This document shows, one piece after another, positions 8,721 through 19,292 of a DNA stretch of 64,000 nt. The position numbers were made by a program, and so were the translations under genes. This DNA is from Gemmatimonadota bacterium (GTDB lineage: Bacteria; Gemmatimonadota; Gemmatimonadetes; Palauibacterales; KS3-K002). The notes below the pieces were generated by a model. It did not search any database. It saw nothing but the letters and a program-made list of their open reading frames with translations, and was not told the origin of the DNA. The first letter of the stretch is position 1. The number at the start of each line of letters is the position of its first letter. The stretch lies in assembly GCA_039586795.1 (NCBI GenBank), contig JBDHJS010000001.1:1-64000 (forward strand), given 5' to 3'.

Positions 8721-10877
8721 TTGACAGGGTTCAAGTCAGTAGTCAGGGGTCGCGCCACAGGATGGGTGCGACCCCTTTGTCTGCACTGCGCGGTTCTCCT
8801 GGCGCTCACCACACCCGCATCGACCGTCGCCCAGCAGACTGATACCGCAGCCGCGGACACCGGCAATGTAGTCGCGCTATACGAACTCGAAGGCATCACG
8901 GTTAGCGTGACCCGCGGCAAAGAGGAGCTCGTCAAGCTCCCCTACGCCGTCGGCCTACTTAGCGCCGCCGAGATCCAGGGTCTCGAGGCGACCATCACAC
9001 TCGATGAATCCTTGATCGAGATCCCCGGCGTCATCGTCAACAACCGCTACAACTTCGCACTCGGCAACCGGATCGCGATTCGCGGAACCGGCGTACGCTC
9101 GCAGTTCGGCGTTCGCGGGATACGCATTCTTCAGGATGGCATACCGTTGACGCTGCCCGACGGGCAGTCGCAACTCAACAACCTCGATCTGGCGGCGGCC
9201 GGTCGCATCGAGGTGATCCGCGGCCCCGCCTCGTCTCTGTACGGCAATGCGTCGGGGGGCGTGATCAGCGTACAGACGGAGCGCCCACCGTTCGTTCCGT
9301 TTCGGCCGGAGATCTGGCTGTTGGGCGGCCGCTTCGATAACGGAAACAACTATCAGAAGTACGACCTGAAGGCGGCCGGAGGGTCGAGTAGCTTCGACTA
9401 CGGCGGCCATCTGAGCGTCTTCCAAACCGATGGCTACCGGCTGCATAGCGACTCGAAGTACACCCTGTTCAACAGCACGCTCCGCTTTCGGCCGGATGAA
9501 TCGTCCGAACTGACGGCGATCGTCAACTACGCGAACTCACCACAGGCCGACAACCCCAGCAGCCTGCCCGATTCGTTGGCGCGCACCGTCCCCGATACGG
9601 CGCGGGACATAGCCCTTTCCCCAGAGCAGTGTCCACCTGATCCGGGCTTCGGCGGTTGCCAGAACCTCGGCGAAGAATCGAAGCAGGGGCAGCTGGGACT
9701 GCGCTACCGAAGGTGGTTGGGCGACGCTCACGAGGTCGCGCTCATGGGCTATGGCGTCTTACGGGAGTTGAACAACAGGATTCCCTTCACCCTCATCGAG
9801 CTCGAGCGGCGTGTCGCCGGGGCACGCGCCGAGTACCGCCTGACGCCGACGGCCGGCAAGCTCACCGCCCTGACGACTGGAGTCGATCTGGACCACCAGC
9901 ACGACGACCGTGTCGAGCATGCCCGTGATGATCAGCAGCTTGGTCCGGTGACACTCGAGCAGCTCGAGTTGGTGACGGCGCTTGGAGTCTTCGTTTATGG
10001 CGGTTGGCTATTCAGCCCCGCCCTTCAACTGACGGCCAGCGCCCGGTACGATCTCGTTCGGTTCGAGGCGGACGACCGACTGACCGCCGACGGCGATGAC
10101 TCCGGGACCCGAACGATGGATCAGCTCAGCCCGATGGCCGGGCTCCGCTACACGCCGCGCCCCTGGCTGAACCTGTATGCCAACGTCGGCCGCTCTTTCC
10201 AAACGCCCACGACCACCGAGCTCACCGACACGTTGGGCGGATTCAACCAGGAGCTCGACCCGGAGCGCGCCATCAACTTCGAGGTTGGCTTCAAGGGCAC
10301 GGCCGGCGGCCGCCTGAGCTATGGCCTGGCGATCTTCCGCCAGGACATCGTGGATCAGATCATCGGCTTCGAGGCGACGAATATCGGCCGGGCTTTCTTC
10401 CGCAATGCGGGATCGAGCGACCATACTGGCGTCGAGGCGGCGTTGTCGGCCCTGTTGACCAAAGGCCTGAGATTCGCCATGGCCTATACCTACTCGAACT
10501 TCCGCTTCGACGAGTTCGTCACCGATCTTGGCGACTTCAGCGGCAACAAAGTACCGGGGGTGCCTCGCAACCAGCTGTTCCTCCGGATGGCCTACGGAGT
10601 CGCCGGTTTCTCCACCGTGTTGAGGCTTACCGCCGTCGGCGAGTATTTCGTGGACAACGCCAACGCGAACCGCAACGACGGATACATCTCGGCGGACTTG
10701 CGGTTCGGCTACGACCTGCGATTGGGTACCGTCTTGTTGGTACCGCTTCTGGGCATCAACAACTTATTCGATGCCCGCTTCAATTCCTCCGTCGTCGTCA
10801 ACGCGTCACGCGGTAACTTCTTCGAGCCGGCGCCGGGGCGGAACCTGTACCTCGGCCTTCGCATGCGCACGCGCTGA
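8721..10877 (+). CDS. TonB-dependent receptor (YncD-like)
   Basis: Plug motifs GVRGIRILQDGIP and IEVIRGPASSLYGNASGGVI; C-terminal PAPGRNLYLG; start uncertain. Confidence 0.9.
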   Translation: MTGFKSVVRGRATGWVRPLCLHCAVLLALTTPASTVAQQTDTAAADTGNVVALYELEGITVSVTRGKEELVKLPYAVGLLSAAEIQGLEATITLDESLIEIPGVIVNNRYNFALGNRIAIRGTGVRSQFGVRGIRILQDGIPLTLPDGQSQLNNLDLAAAGRIEVIRGPASSLYGNASGGVISVQTERPPFVPFRPEIWLLGGRFDNGNNYQKYDLKAAGGSSSFDYGGHLSVFQTDGYRLHSDSKYTLFNSTLRFRPDESSELTAIVNYANSPQADNPSSLPDSLARTVPDTARDIALSPEQCPPDPGFGGCQNLGEESKQGQLGLRYRRWLGDAHEVALMGYGVLRELNNRIPFTLIELERRVAGARAEYRLTPTAGKLTALTTGVDLDHQHDDRVEHARDDQQLGPVTLEQLELVTALGVFVYGGWLFSPALQLTASARYDLVRFEADDRLTADGDDSGTRTMDQLSPMAGLRYTPRPWLNLYANVGRSFQTPTTTELTDTLGGFNQELDPERAINFEVGFKGTAGGRLSYGLAIFRQDIVDQIIGFEATNIGRAFFRNAGSSDHTGVEAALSALLTKGLRFAMAYTYSNFRFDEFVTDLGDFSGNKVPGVPRNQLFLRMAYGVAGFSTVLRLTAVGEYFVDNANANRNDGYISADLRFGYDLRLGTVLLVPLLGINNLFDARFNSSVVVNASRGNFFEPAPGRNLYLGLRMRTR

Positions 10878-10973
10878 CGCACCCGATTTAGGAGCTCCAT
10901 CAAACTGGCTTCACGGGCACGCGGCCTCTTATATTGGCGCCGAAGTCCACTCCAACCTGCGAAAGGCCGACTG

Positions 10974-11525
10974 ATGGAGCACGAGCAGCTCGCGCCAGAG
11001 GCGCGCACGAGCTTTGGTCGCCGCTTGCTGGGGGCGGCCACCTTCAAGATCGATGTTTACGAAGAGGTCGAGCACGACGAGACCGCTACGACCCAGGCCG
11101 CGCTGGTGGTGGGGCTGGTGGCGCTGGCAGCCGCCGTGGACGGCCTATCGATGGGCCCCGGAGGAACGATCGCCGGCATTCTGGGCGCCTATCTGGGCTG
11201 GGGGCTCTGGTCCGCCACCTGTTACTGGGTCGGCGTCCAGCTGTTCGACGGGATCGCCGACTGGGGCGAACTGCTTCGAACGGTGGGTTTTGCCCAAGCG
11301 CCGGGGATCCTGCTGGTGCTTCGCCTCATACCTGGCGTTGGGTTTCCTCTGCAGCTGGGGATCCTCATCTGGATGGTGGCGACGGTCCTTGTGGCGATTC
11401 GACAGGCGCTAGACTTCAACACGGGTCGGGCACTGGCAACGGCGCTGGCCGGATTCGTGCCTTACATGATCGGGAAACTTCTGATAGAGTTATTGTTCGG
11501 CATCACGCCGTCGCTGATGCCTTAG
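10974..11525 (+). CDS. YIP1-family membrane protein
   Basis: YEEVEHD..AT.QA motif, about five TM helices, LLRTVGFAQAPG. Confidence 0.7.
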   Translation: MEHEQLAPEARTSFGRRLLGAATFKIDVYEEVEHDETATTQAALVVGLVALAAAVDGLSMGPGGTIAGILGAYLGWGLWSATCYWVGVQLFDGIADWGELLRTVGFAQAPGILLVLRLIPGVGFPLQLGILIWMVATVLVAIRQALDFNTGRALATALAGFVPYMIGKLLIELLFGITPSLMP

Positions 11526-11546
11526 TATCCATCAACCTGGGTCTAC

Positions 11547-11978
11547 ATGTTCTACGATCGACAGGGCGACAGCTATATCCTACGCTTCGAAGAAGGCGAG
11601 GTGTTTCCGGACCGATTCCTGGAATTCCTCTCAGCCAACTCGATAGCGGCGGGCGCCTTCACAGGCATAGGCGCGATGAAGAAGTTCGAGATCGCCTACT
11701 TCGACGCCACGCGAAAGCAATATCACGACCGAGAATACGAAGAGCAGGTGGAGGTACTCGCGCTGGTCGGTAACGTCGCCCAGATGGACGGTGCGCCGCT
11801 GGTTCACGTTCACGTCACCCTGGGACGCCGTAATTTTTCTGTGCTGGGCGGCCACCTGCGGAGCGGCGTCGTCTGTCCGACCCTCGAGGTGGCACTAAGC
11901 GTGTTTCCCGAACCGATCAAGCGGAAGATCGACCCGGCCTTCGGGCTCCCGGGCCTTGACCTAACCAATAGACTCTAG
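11547..11978 (+). CDS. PPC/DUF296 domain protein
   Basis: GIGA, HVHVTLG and GGHL motifs. Confidence 0.85.
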   Translation: MFYDRQGDSYILRFEEGEVFPDRFLEFLSANSIAAGAFTGIGAMKKFEIAYFDATRKQYHDREYEEQVEVLALVGNVAQMDGAPLVHVHVTLGRRNFSVLGGHLRSGVVCPTLEVALSVFPEPIKRKIDPAFGLPGLDLTNRL

Positions 11979-11981
11979 ACT

Positions 11982-12407
11982 ATGCTCCTGGACCAACAGA
12001 CGATCGACATCATTAAGAACACAAAGACAATCGCCGTTGTCGGCTGCTCACCCAAACCTTACCGGGACAGCAACTCGGTAGCGCGGTACTTGATCGAACA
12101 AGGGTTCGGCGTCGTCCCGGTCAATCCCAAGCACGATGTGATCCTTGAAGTAAAGGCCTACCCCGACCTGTTGACGGCCCGCGAAGGTGAAGGTCCTATC
12201 GACATCGTCAACATCTTTCGCGCTCCCGAGCTAGTCGTTCCGCACGTGCAGGAAGCGATCGAGATCGGCGCGCGCCTCGTCTGGATGCAGCTCGGTGTCA
12301 TCAACGATGAGGCCGCGCTGCTGGCCCGTCAGGCGAACGTTACGGTCGTCATGGATCAGTGCTTGCGAACCCAGCACAAAGAGCTGAGGCGCCAGCGTCT
12401 TCTGTGA
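11982..12407 (+). CDS. CoA-binding protein (YccU-like)
   Basis: IAVVGCS, PVNP, DIVNIFR and WMQLG motifs. Confidence 0.9.
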   Translation: MLLDQQTIDIIKNTKTIAVVGCSPKPYRDSNSVARYLIEQGFGVVPVNPKHDVILEVKAYPDLLTAREGEGPIDIVNIFRAPELVVPHVQEAIEIGARLVWMQLGVINDEAALLARQANVTVVMDQCLRTQHKELRRQRLL

Positions 12408-13048
12408 GCCCGGCGAGCGACTCGGACCGTCAAACACTGGGCGTCGTACTGGCCGGTGGCCGCAACGTCCGGTACGGCGGCCAGGCCAAAGTGTTGGAAA
12501 CCGTCGCCGGTGTTTTGATCGTCCGGCGCGTAACTCGCGCCATGGAACGGGCGACCGGGAACGTGGTTCTGGTGGCCAACGAGCTAGAGACCTACGACTC
12601 ACTCGGTCTGGATACGCGTCCCGATGTGAAGCCCGGCCTGGGAGCCCTGGGCGGCATCTACACGGCCGTCACGTGGGCGGAGGAATTGGGATGCGATGGC
12701 GCCCTGGTGGTAGCCGGTGACATGCCGTTCCTCTCTTCGGCACTCCTCGAGCGGCTCGTCGCCGATGCAAGCTCTGGCCGGGCGGTCGTGCCGGAAAGCG
12801 ACTCTCACCGAGGGCTCGAACCGTTATGCGCGTTCTACGGAACCGGCTGCCGGTTAGCCATCGAGGCGGCCATCGCTCGCGATGACCTGCGTGTCATCTC
12901 CTTCTATCCCGATGTCGAGCTCCGCAAGATTCCCAAACAGGAGGTCGCGAACTACGGCGACCCCGGCGTCATGTTCATGAACGTGAACACGCCAGAGGAT
13001 CGCGAACGCGCCGAGGCGCTGGCCCGGGGCGAGGATCCCGAATCATGA
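12404..13048 (+). CDS. mobA: Molybdenum cofactor guanylyltransferase
   Basis: LAGG..R.G..K, GDMPF, EPLCAFY and NVNTPED motifs; GTG start overlaps upstream stop. Confidence 0.9.
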   Translation: MSPASDSDRQTLGVVLAGGRNVRYGGQAKVLETVAGVLIVRRVTRAMERATGNVVLVANELETYDSLGLDTRPDVKPGLGALGGIYTAVTWAEELGCDGALVVAGDMPFLSSALLERLVADASSGRAVVPESDSHRGLEPLCAFYGTGCRLAIEAAIARDDLRVISFYPDVELRKIPKQEVANYGDPGVMFMNVNTPEDRERAEALARGEDPES

Positions 13049-14313
13049 CGGGCGGCACGAAGCGGGCGCGCCAGCCGCGGGAGCCCGACTGGCTCAGTTA
13101 CCAGGACGCCCGCGAGCTGATACTCTCACACGTCGGACCGCTCGAGCACGAGAGCGTTCTTCTGACCGAGGCGACGGGACGAATACTCGCGGCCGACGTC
13201 GAGTCCGCCATCACGCATCCGGCGTGGGACAATTCGGCGATGGACGGCTTTGCCGTTCTGTCCCGGGACGTGGCCCGAGCCACACGGAACAACCCGGTGA
13301 TCCTTCAGGTCATTGAGGAAGTCGCCGCCGGTGAGTTCCCCACCCGATCCGTAGGTCCGGGTGAAGCCATCCGTGTCATGACGGGAGCCGCGGTTCCGAA
13401 CGGAGCCGACGGCGTCACCCGGCTCGAACACACAGAGCCGGGCCCGAAGCCCGGCACGATAAGCGTGATCGACGGGAGTGACGCCGGCCGCAACATCCGA
13501 CGCCGCGGAGAGGATCTCAAGGTCGGCGCGCGACCGCTGTCGGCGGGCACCCTGATCCGCCCGGCGGAGACGGGCGTGCTGGCGATGCTCGGCCAGCCCT
13601 CGGTACCGGTCTACCGGAAGCCTACCGTCGGCATCCTATCGACGGGAAACGAGCTGGCCGACTTCAACGAGCTGGAGTTGGTGCACGCCGGCAAGCGTAT
13701 CATGAACTCCAACTCCTACGCGCTCGCCGCCCAGGTCGTGGAAGCGGGGGGTGAGCCCGAACTACTCGGGATCGCCCGTGATAACCGGGAGAGCCTGCGA
13801 ACGCATCTGGAGGGCGCTGCGGGCTGCGACGCCCTGATCACATCGGCGGGCCTCGCGGTGGGCGACCACGACTATGTGAAGGAAGTGCTGGATGACCTGG
13901 GAATCAGTTTCCTGTTCTATCGGATCAAGATGCGACCCGGCAGCCCGTTCACGTTCGGAATGCTCGGCTCGATGCCTGTCTTCGCTTTGCCGGGCAACCC
14001 GGTGTCGTCGATGGTGACCTTCGAGGTTCTGGTTCGACCCGCACTTCGAAAGATGGTCGGCCTCGAGGAGTACGACCGGCCGTTGCGCCGCGTGCGCCTG
14101 GCGGAACCGGTCACGACGAAGGGACCGCTGACCCACTTCTACCGCGCGACGCTAGACCGGGATGGCAGTGGCTGGTCGGCCCGGCTTACGGGGCCGCAAG
14201 GCTCGGGAATACTCACTTCGATGTCGGAAGCGGATGCGCTGATCATCGTCCCGGCGGACAGCAGACTACCAACCGGAACCGAGCTGGACGCCATCGTACT
14301 GCGGGAAAAGTAG
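13045..14313 (+). CDS. moeA: Molybdopterin molybdotransferase
   Basis: SAMDGFAV, TGA.VP.GAD, STGNEL, LPGNPVS and QGSG motifs. Confidence 0.95.
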   Translation: MTGGTKRARQPREPDWLSYQDARELILSHVGPLEHESVLLTEATGRILAADVESAITHPAWDNSAMDGFAVLSRDVARATRNNPVILQVIEEVAAGEFPTRSVGPGEAIRVMTGAAVPNGADGVTRLEHTEPGPKPGTISVIDGSDAGRNIRRRGEDLKVGARPLSAGTLIRPAETGVLAMLGQPSVPVYRKPTVGILSTGNELADFNELELVHAGKRIMNSNSYALAAQVVEAGGEPELLGIARDNRESLRTHLEGAAGCDALITSAGLAVGDHDYVKEVLDDLGISFLFYRIKMRPGSPFTFGMLGSMPVFALPGNPVSSMVTFEVLVRPALRKMVGLEEYDRPLRRVRLAEPVTTKGPLTHFYRATLDRDGSGWSARLTGPQGSGILTSMSEADALIIVPADSRLPTGTELDAIVLREK

Positions 14314-14364
14314 TCGACCCGGTTCTTGTAAGCGGCGCGAGACCCTTGGTCGCTTCCGCGGAAC

Positions 14365-15000
14365 TCAGAATCTCAGAATGAAAGCTGCACCAAGCACGAA
14401 ATCGACGGAGATCGATTTCGGTTCGGCGTTCAGCTGTTCGGATGGATTGATCAGGTGGAACCGGAGATTGATGCGAAAGGCCCGGCGGCGTGTAGAGGCA
14501 AACTCATATCCCGCGCCAATTATCCCAAACGGCTCCGTGAAGCTTCCGGGATCAGTGATCTGCGGGTCATCGCCGGCCGAAGTGACGTGCTGAGCACCGC
14601 CCCCCAAGATGAAATAGCCGGGAATTTGCGGCTTCACTCTCAACAGCAGTTCGCCACCGAACTGAAAGATATTGAAATTAGCGATCCCGGTGGCGACGGT
14701 CCCGTCCTGGCTCGTCAACTTCTCGTCGGTTCGTGAGTAGCTCCCGAAAGCGCCGAGCGTCAACGTTCCCGTGGCACGATAGTCGAACCGCAAGCCGACG
14801 GCCAGGCTGTTGTTGAGCTTGACCTCAACCCCACCGAGCGTTTGACCCCGCGTGCCACGGAAGTTGAAGTCCAAGAATAGTCCCGCATCAAAGCGTGGCA
14901 GCGTGTCTTCTTCTTCGAACTGTCCCCGCGCCGGCGCCACAAACGATGCCAGCAAAACGAGCGCCAAGACCGGTACTGCGATCCTCCGCGAGAGTCCCAT
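14365..15000 (-). CDS. Outer-membrane beta-barrel protein
   Basis: Signal peptide, amphipathic strands, C-terminal ILRF. Confidence 0.7.
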   Translation of the reverse strand: MGLSRRIAVPVLALVLLASFVAPARGQFEEEDTLPRFDAGLFLDFNFRGTRGQTLGGVEVKLNNSLAVGLRFDYRATGTLTLGAFGSYSRTDEKLTSQDGTVATGIANFNIFQFGGELLLRVKPQIPGYFILGGGAQHVTSAGDDPQITDPGSFTEPFGIIGAGYEFASTRRRAFRINLRFHLINPSEQLNAEPKSISVDFVLGAAFILRF

Positions 15001-15006
15001 CGCTAC

Positions 15007-15993
15007 TCAGCCCCCTGAACGCAACTTGCGAATCTCTTCGGTCAGTCGCGGAACAACCTCCGCCACGTCGCCCACTATGCCGTAGTCGGCGACTTTGAAG
15101 ATCGGCGCCTCGGGGTCCTTGTTCACCGCGACGATGCACCCGGCCGTTCGCATCCCGGCAAGATGCTGGATCGCACCGCTGATCCCGATGGCGAAGTAGA
15201 GAGGTGGCGACACGACCTTACCCGTCTGGCCGACCTGTTCCGAATGTGGCCGCCAGCCCGCGTCCACAACGGCGCGGCTGGCACCGAGCCCGGTGTTGGG
15301 GCCAAGAGCGTCGGCCAGCTCCTCCAGCATCTGCCAGGCCTCCGGTCCACCCAGTCCTCTACCGCCGGCGACGATCGCTTCCGCTTCGGCTACGTCGGGA
15401 CGCTCCTTCTGCACGCCTGCCTCGACCTCGACCCGAGTGCGTTGCGCCGCCGGATCCAGATCGGGCGTCAGCTCCTCAACCTGCGCATCCCGCGGAGCTT
15501 CCGTCGCCGCATACGACCTTGGGCGCAGACTCGCGATTGCCGGCTCTCCCATGAAGCCGACCTTCTGTATCACCTTGCCGCCGTAAGCCGGTCGCAACGC
15601 AACCAGGCGACCTTCCTCCATGAAGATCTGAGTCGCATCGCTGGCCAGGCCCGCTTTGACCTGTGCCGCCACCCGCGGTGCGAGATCCTTACCTAACGCG
15701 CTAGCCGTGAACAGGACGACCTTCGGCGATCGACCGTCGATCACGCTCTTCAACACACCGGTGAAGGCTTCCGGCGCGTAGCTAGCGAACGCATCATCCG
15801 CCGCAACCAGCACGGCGTCGGCTCCGTGCCGAGACAACGCATCCGCCGCCGCGGCGATACCGGGCGGCCCGATGACGATCGCCGCCAGGTCGCCACCCAT
15901 CGCATCCGCCAGTTGTCGACCCGCGGTAACGGCTTCCAGCGCCGCTTTGCGAAGTTCACCACCCCTTTGCTCTGCGAATACGAGAACGCTCAT
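15007..15993 (-). CDS. etfA: Electron transfer flavoprotein alpha subunit
   Basis: GASRAVVDAGW, QVGQTGK and GISGAIQHLAGM motifs. Confidence 0.96.
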   Translation of the reverse strand: MSVLVFAEQRGGELRKAALEAVTAGRQLADAMGGDLAAIVIGPPGIAAAADALSRHGADAVLVAADDAFASYAPEAFTGVLKSVIDGRSPKVVLFTASALGKDLAPRVAAQVKAGLASDATQIFMEEGRLVALRPAYGGKVIQKVGFMGEPAIASLRPRSYAATEAPRDAQVEELTPDLDPAAQRTRVEVEAGVQKERPDVAEAEAIVAGGRGLGGPEAWQMLEELADALGPNTGLGASRAVVDAGWRPHSEQVGQTGKVVSPPLYFAIGISGAIQHLAGMRTAGCIVAVNKDPEAPIFKVADYGIVGDVAEVVPRLTEEIRKLRSGG

Positions 15994-16010
15994 ATCTACT
16001 CGTCTGCTTT

Positions 16011-16754
16011 CTATATGGCCTTTGCCTGTTCGCGGAGCTTGCGGACGAGCTCGGGGACCGCGTCGGATCCCTCACCGACTATCTCGCCCGCCGAACGCTC
16101 CGGTGGAGGCGTCATGGTTATGATCTCGAGCTTCGATTCGGCATCACCGACGTCAATCTCCTCCAACGGCTTCTTTTTCGCCTGCATGATGCCTTTGAGG
16201 CTGGCGTAGCGCGGATCATTCAGCCCCTTCTGGGCCGCGATAACAGCCGGCGTCGCAAACGTGTAAATCTCGTGACCGCCCTCCACCTCCCGCTTGGCCG
16301 TGACCTGGCCGCCGTCGACCTTCAACTCGACGACTACGGTTGCGCAGGGAACATCGAGCAACTCGGCCACCATAGCCGGCACCTGGAGGTTGTCGTCATC
16401 GATCGCCTGTTTCCCGAACAGAACCAGATCGTGGTCACGGTCACGGATCGCATCGGCCAGTTTCTCGGCCGTACCCAGGCCATCGACCGACGGCTCACCC
16501 TTCAGCAGGACCGCCTGGTCGGCGCCCATCGCCAGCGCCGTACGGAGCGTCTCCTTTGCATCGTCTCCGCCAAGCGTCAACACGGTCACGCTGCCATCGC
16601 CCGCCGCCTCCTTGAGCTTCAGAGCTTCTTCGACGGCGAACTCGTCGTAAGGGTTGAGAACGAATTTGACGCCCTGAGTGTCGACGGAGTCGCCGGCTAT
16701 CGTGATTCGGCTCTCCGAGTCGGGCACGCGCTTCACGCAAACTATGATGTTCAT
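16011..16754 (-). CDS. etfB: Electron transfer flavoprotein beta subunit
   Basis: VCVKRVPD, NPYDEFAVEEAL, GKQAID and PRYASLKGIM motifs. Confidence 0.96.
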   Translation of the reverse strand: MNIIVCVKRVPDSESRITIAGDSVDTQGVKFVLNPYDEFAVEEALKLKEAAGDGSVTVLTLGGDDAKETLRTALAMGADQAVLLKGEPSVDGLGTAEKLADAIRDRDHDLVLFGKQAIDDDNLQVPAMVAELLDVPCATVVVELKVDGGQVTAKREVEGGHEIYTFATPAVIAAQKGLNDPRYASLKGIMQAKKKPLEEIDVGDAESKLEIITMTPPPERSAGEIVGEGSDAVPELVRKLREQAKAI

Positions 16755-16804
16755 CTCAGCGATTCGTGTGAGGTATGTTGAGTGTTGTGCTGCGGTCGTC
16801 GAGC

Positions 16805-17308
16805 CTATTCGCGCGCTGCTTCGAGTTGCTCGATCTCGTCCGCCTCCAACGCGCAGTACCGGTGCAGCACCAGATCGATCAACCGGTCCGTGAGGTCCGC
16901 CTCCTTGGCCCGGTCCGTAGCGCTACCACGGATCTCCCCGGAGCGGAGCTTCCGCAGCCTGTCCGAAAGCCAGCCGGCGAACGCCTCGACCACGTCGCGG
17001 TGCGGGGCGCCCTCGCCGTGCTCGCCTTCCGTGTGCGAAGTCACCAGCGCGTCGATCAGCGCCAACGTGCCGGGAAAGACGAGGGCAACCACGGCGCCCT
17101 CCTCCATCGACTCTTCGCCCGTCTCTTCTTCCCAGGTCAGCTCATTCTCGTACAGCTGCTGCGCGTTCTCCAGCAGATTACGATGCTTCTCCTCGGGCGT
17201 GGGTTCGGCTGGCCACTGCCTGGGCAGCTCGCGACCCAGCACTTCGGACATCGTGCTCAGGCGCGCCTCGATCTCCGAGCTTGCTCCGGGTTTTGCTTTC
17301 TTTGCCAT
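16805..17308 (-). CDS. Hypothetical acidic protein
   Basis: 167 aa ORF filling the gap, co-oriented with neighbours. Confidence 0.6.
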   Translation of the reverse strand: MAKKAKPGASSEIEARLSTMSEVLGRELPRQWPAEPTPEEKHRNLLENAQQLYENELTWEEETGEESMEEGAVVALVFPGTLALIDALVTSHTEGEHGEGAPHRDVVEAFAGWLSDRLRKLRSGEIRGSATDRAKEADLTDRLIDLVLHRYCALEADEIEQLEAARE

Positions 17309-17455
17309 AACGGTGGTCCGCTTTCCAAGTCCATCAATAACGCGGATCGGTGCGTGAGGACAGAGGGCACTTCGGCCCGTTAGATATCCATACCGCGCCG
17401 GAGCGCGCCAAGCAAGCGACGGATCACACTCCGCTGTGCCGCTAGAAGGGGTTTG

Positions 17456-18331
17456 TCAAGAGGTCAGGTAGCGTCTCAGGCGTCGCAGGTTCCGTCGGTC
17501 AGCGCGGATCGGGTCTTTTCCCTTCGGCGTTTCGATCACCTTCGGCACGCCGGCGAACCGCTCGTCGCGCATGACTCGTCGGAACGGCCTGTCGCCCAAG
17601 GTGCCGTCTGCGATCCCCTCGTGCCGATCAACACGGCTACCGAGAGCGGTCTTCGAGTCGTTGATGTGAAACAGGCGCACTCTCTCGAGTCCGACGGCTC
17701 GCTCGAGCTCTTCCATAGCCGCATCGTAGTTGCCGACTATGTCGTAGCCGGCGGCGAAGATGTGGGCCGTGTCGATACACAGTCCCAAACGTTCGTCATG
17801 CGACGGTCCTGCGAGCTCCAGAAGCTCCGCCAGCTCCTCGAAGCGCCAGCCCAGTGCCGTCCCCTGACCCGCTGTGGCCTCGATCAGCACCGGTGTCCGA
17901 CAATCGATCTGATCGAGGGCACGACGAATCGCTTCGGCGTTTCGTTTGAGACCGGCCGCCCGGTCGCCATCCGTAGCGTTACCAGGATGGGTCACCAGGA
18001 AATCGAGCTGCAACGACTCACAGCGCTCGAGCTCCCGACAGAACGATTCGAAGGACCGCATTCGCAGCGCATCGTCAGGGCTGGCCAGGTTGATCAGGTA
18101 AGAGTCGTGGGAGCCAGCGATCTGGATCCCGTGCTTGGCACGCGCCTCCCGAAAGGCGCGAGCCGTCTCTTCAGTTATGCGGGATTCCGCCCACCGCTGG
18201 ACTTGCTTGGTGAAGATCTGGATGGCGTTGGCGCCAATTTCGGCGCCTCGGGCGGGCGCCAGGTCGATGCCGCCTGCTGTGGAAACGTGGGCACCAAGTA
18301 GCAGCGCCGCGCTGGGATCAGAACGCGACAA
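17456..18331 (-). CDS. nfo: Endonuclease IV
   Basis: GAHVS.AGG, HDSYLINL, ETAGQG-like, DTAH and H.NDSK..GS..DRH motifs. Confidence 0.95.
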   Translation of the reverse strand: MSRSDPSAALLLGAHVSTAGGIDLAPARGAEIGANAIQIFTKQVQRWAESRITEETARAFREARAKHGIQIAGSHDSYLINLASPDDALRMRSFESFCRELERCESLQLDFLVTHPGNATDGDRAAGLKRNAEAIRRALDQIDCRTPVLIEATAGQGTALGWRFEELAELLELAGPSHDERLGLCIDTAHIFAAGYDIVGNYDAAMEELERAVGLERVRLFHINDSKTALGSRVDRHEGIADGTLGDRPFRRVMRDERFAGVPKVIETPKGKDPIRADRRNLRRLRRYLTS

Positions 18332-18632
18332 AGTAGGCGACGGCGGCCACTATGACGGCGACGACCGCGAGTCCGACCTTGAGCGCCAAGCCTCTCTTGT
18401 GCCGGCGCTCATGTTCGTCGACCACCCCGGTCACGAACCCACTCCAACGCTCAGGGTCGGGCTGCGGGATCGGGGTCTGCTGTAGCAGGCTTACGGCGTT
18501 GGCGCGGTTACGACATTCAACACAGCTCTCGAGATGCGTGCGGACCTTCCGGTCGTCCTCCTCGGACACCCTACCGGCCAGAAATTCGGGAAGCAGGTCG
18601 GCGATCTGATCACAAACTTCCCGATCTGTCAT
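18318..18632 (-). CDS. Zinc-finger (zf-HC2) anti-sigma factor
   Basis: HLESCVEC (HxxxCxxC) plus C-terminal TM helix; follows ECF sigma gene. Confidence 0.85.
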   Translation of the reverse strand: MTDREVCDQIADLLPEFLAGRVSEEDDRKVRTHLESCVECRNRANAVSLLQQTPIPQPDPERWSGFVTGVVDEHERRHKRGLALKVGLAVVAVIVAAVAYFVAF

Positions 18633-19156
18633 GTCAGCGACTCCCTCAGCTTCTGTATTCCGTGATGGTAGTTCACGCGCGCCGAGCCCTCCGAACAGCC
18701 GATGATCTCACCGATTTCCTTGAAGCTCAATCCTTCGTAGATGCGGAGCGTCACCGCGCCGCGTTGCTTCTCCGGCAGCTCGGCCAACTCGGCCGCCGCT
18801 CGCGCGTAGGCGTCGGCCCGTGCCGCCTTCGCGTCCGGTGGCGTGCGAAAATCGGGGAAGTCGGCGCCTGTGTTCAAACGGACTTCGCCGCGCCGCTTCT
18901 GCTTCCTGGCCACGGAACGCGAGGCATTCAGTGTGATCGAGAAGAGCCAGGTGCGGAAACGGCTGTCGCCACGGTAGTTCTTGAGACCATCGAAAGCGCG
19001 AACGAAGACGTCTTGCGCGACATCCAGGGCCTGCTCCGGGTCGGATAGCCAACGCACGGCAAACCGGTACACGGCGTCGCGGTGCCGCCTCACCAGTTGC
19101 CCGTACGCTTCCCGGTCTCCTTCCCGGGCTCGCTCGATCAAGACGTTCTCGTCCAT
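18629..19156 (-). CDS. ECF RNA polymerase sigma-70 factor
   Basis: DVAQDVF and FRTWLF region 2; LSFKEIG HTH region 4. Confidence 0.92.
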   Translation of the reverse strand: MDENVLIERAREGDREAYGQLVRRHRDAVYRFAVRWLSDPEQALDVAQDVFVRAFDGLKNYRGDSRFRTWLFSITLNASRSVARKQKRRGEVRLNTGADFPDFRTPPDAKAARADAYARAAAELAELPEKQRGAVTLRIYEGLSFKEIGEIIGCSEGSARVNYHHGIQKLRESLT

Positions 19157-19292
19157 CCCCGAATAAGATGACCGTAAGGTGGCCGATGTTAAAGGCTTGT
19201 CAGTCAGCCCCCATCCCGGCCCCTACTCCAAGAATCCCCGAATCCCTATTTTTAGCCACGGAAGGGCGGACGCAGTGGAGGGAGAATCGGTC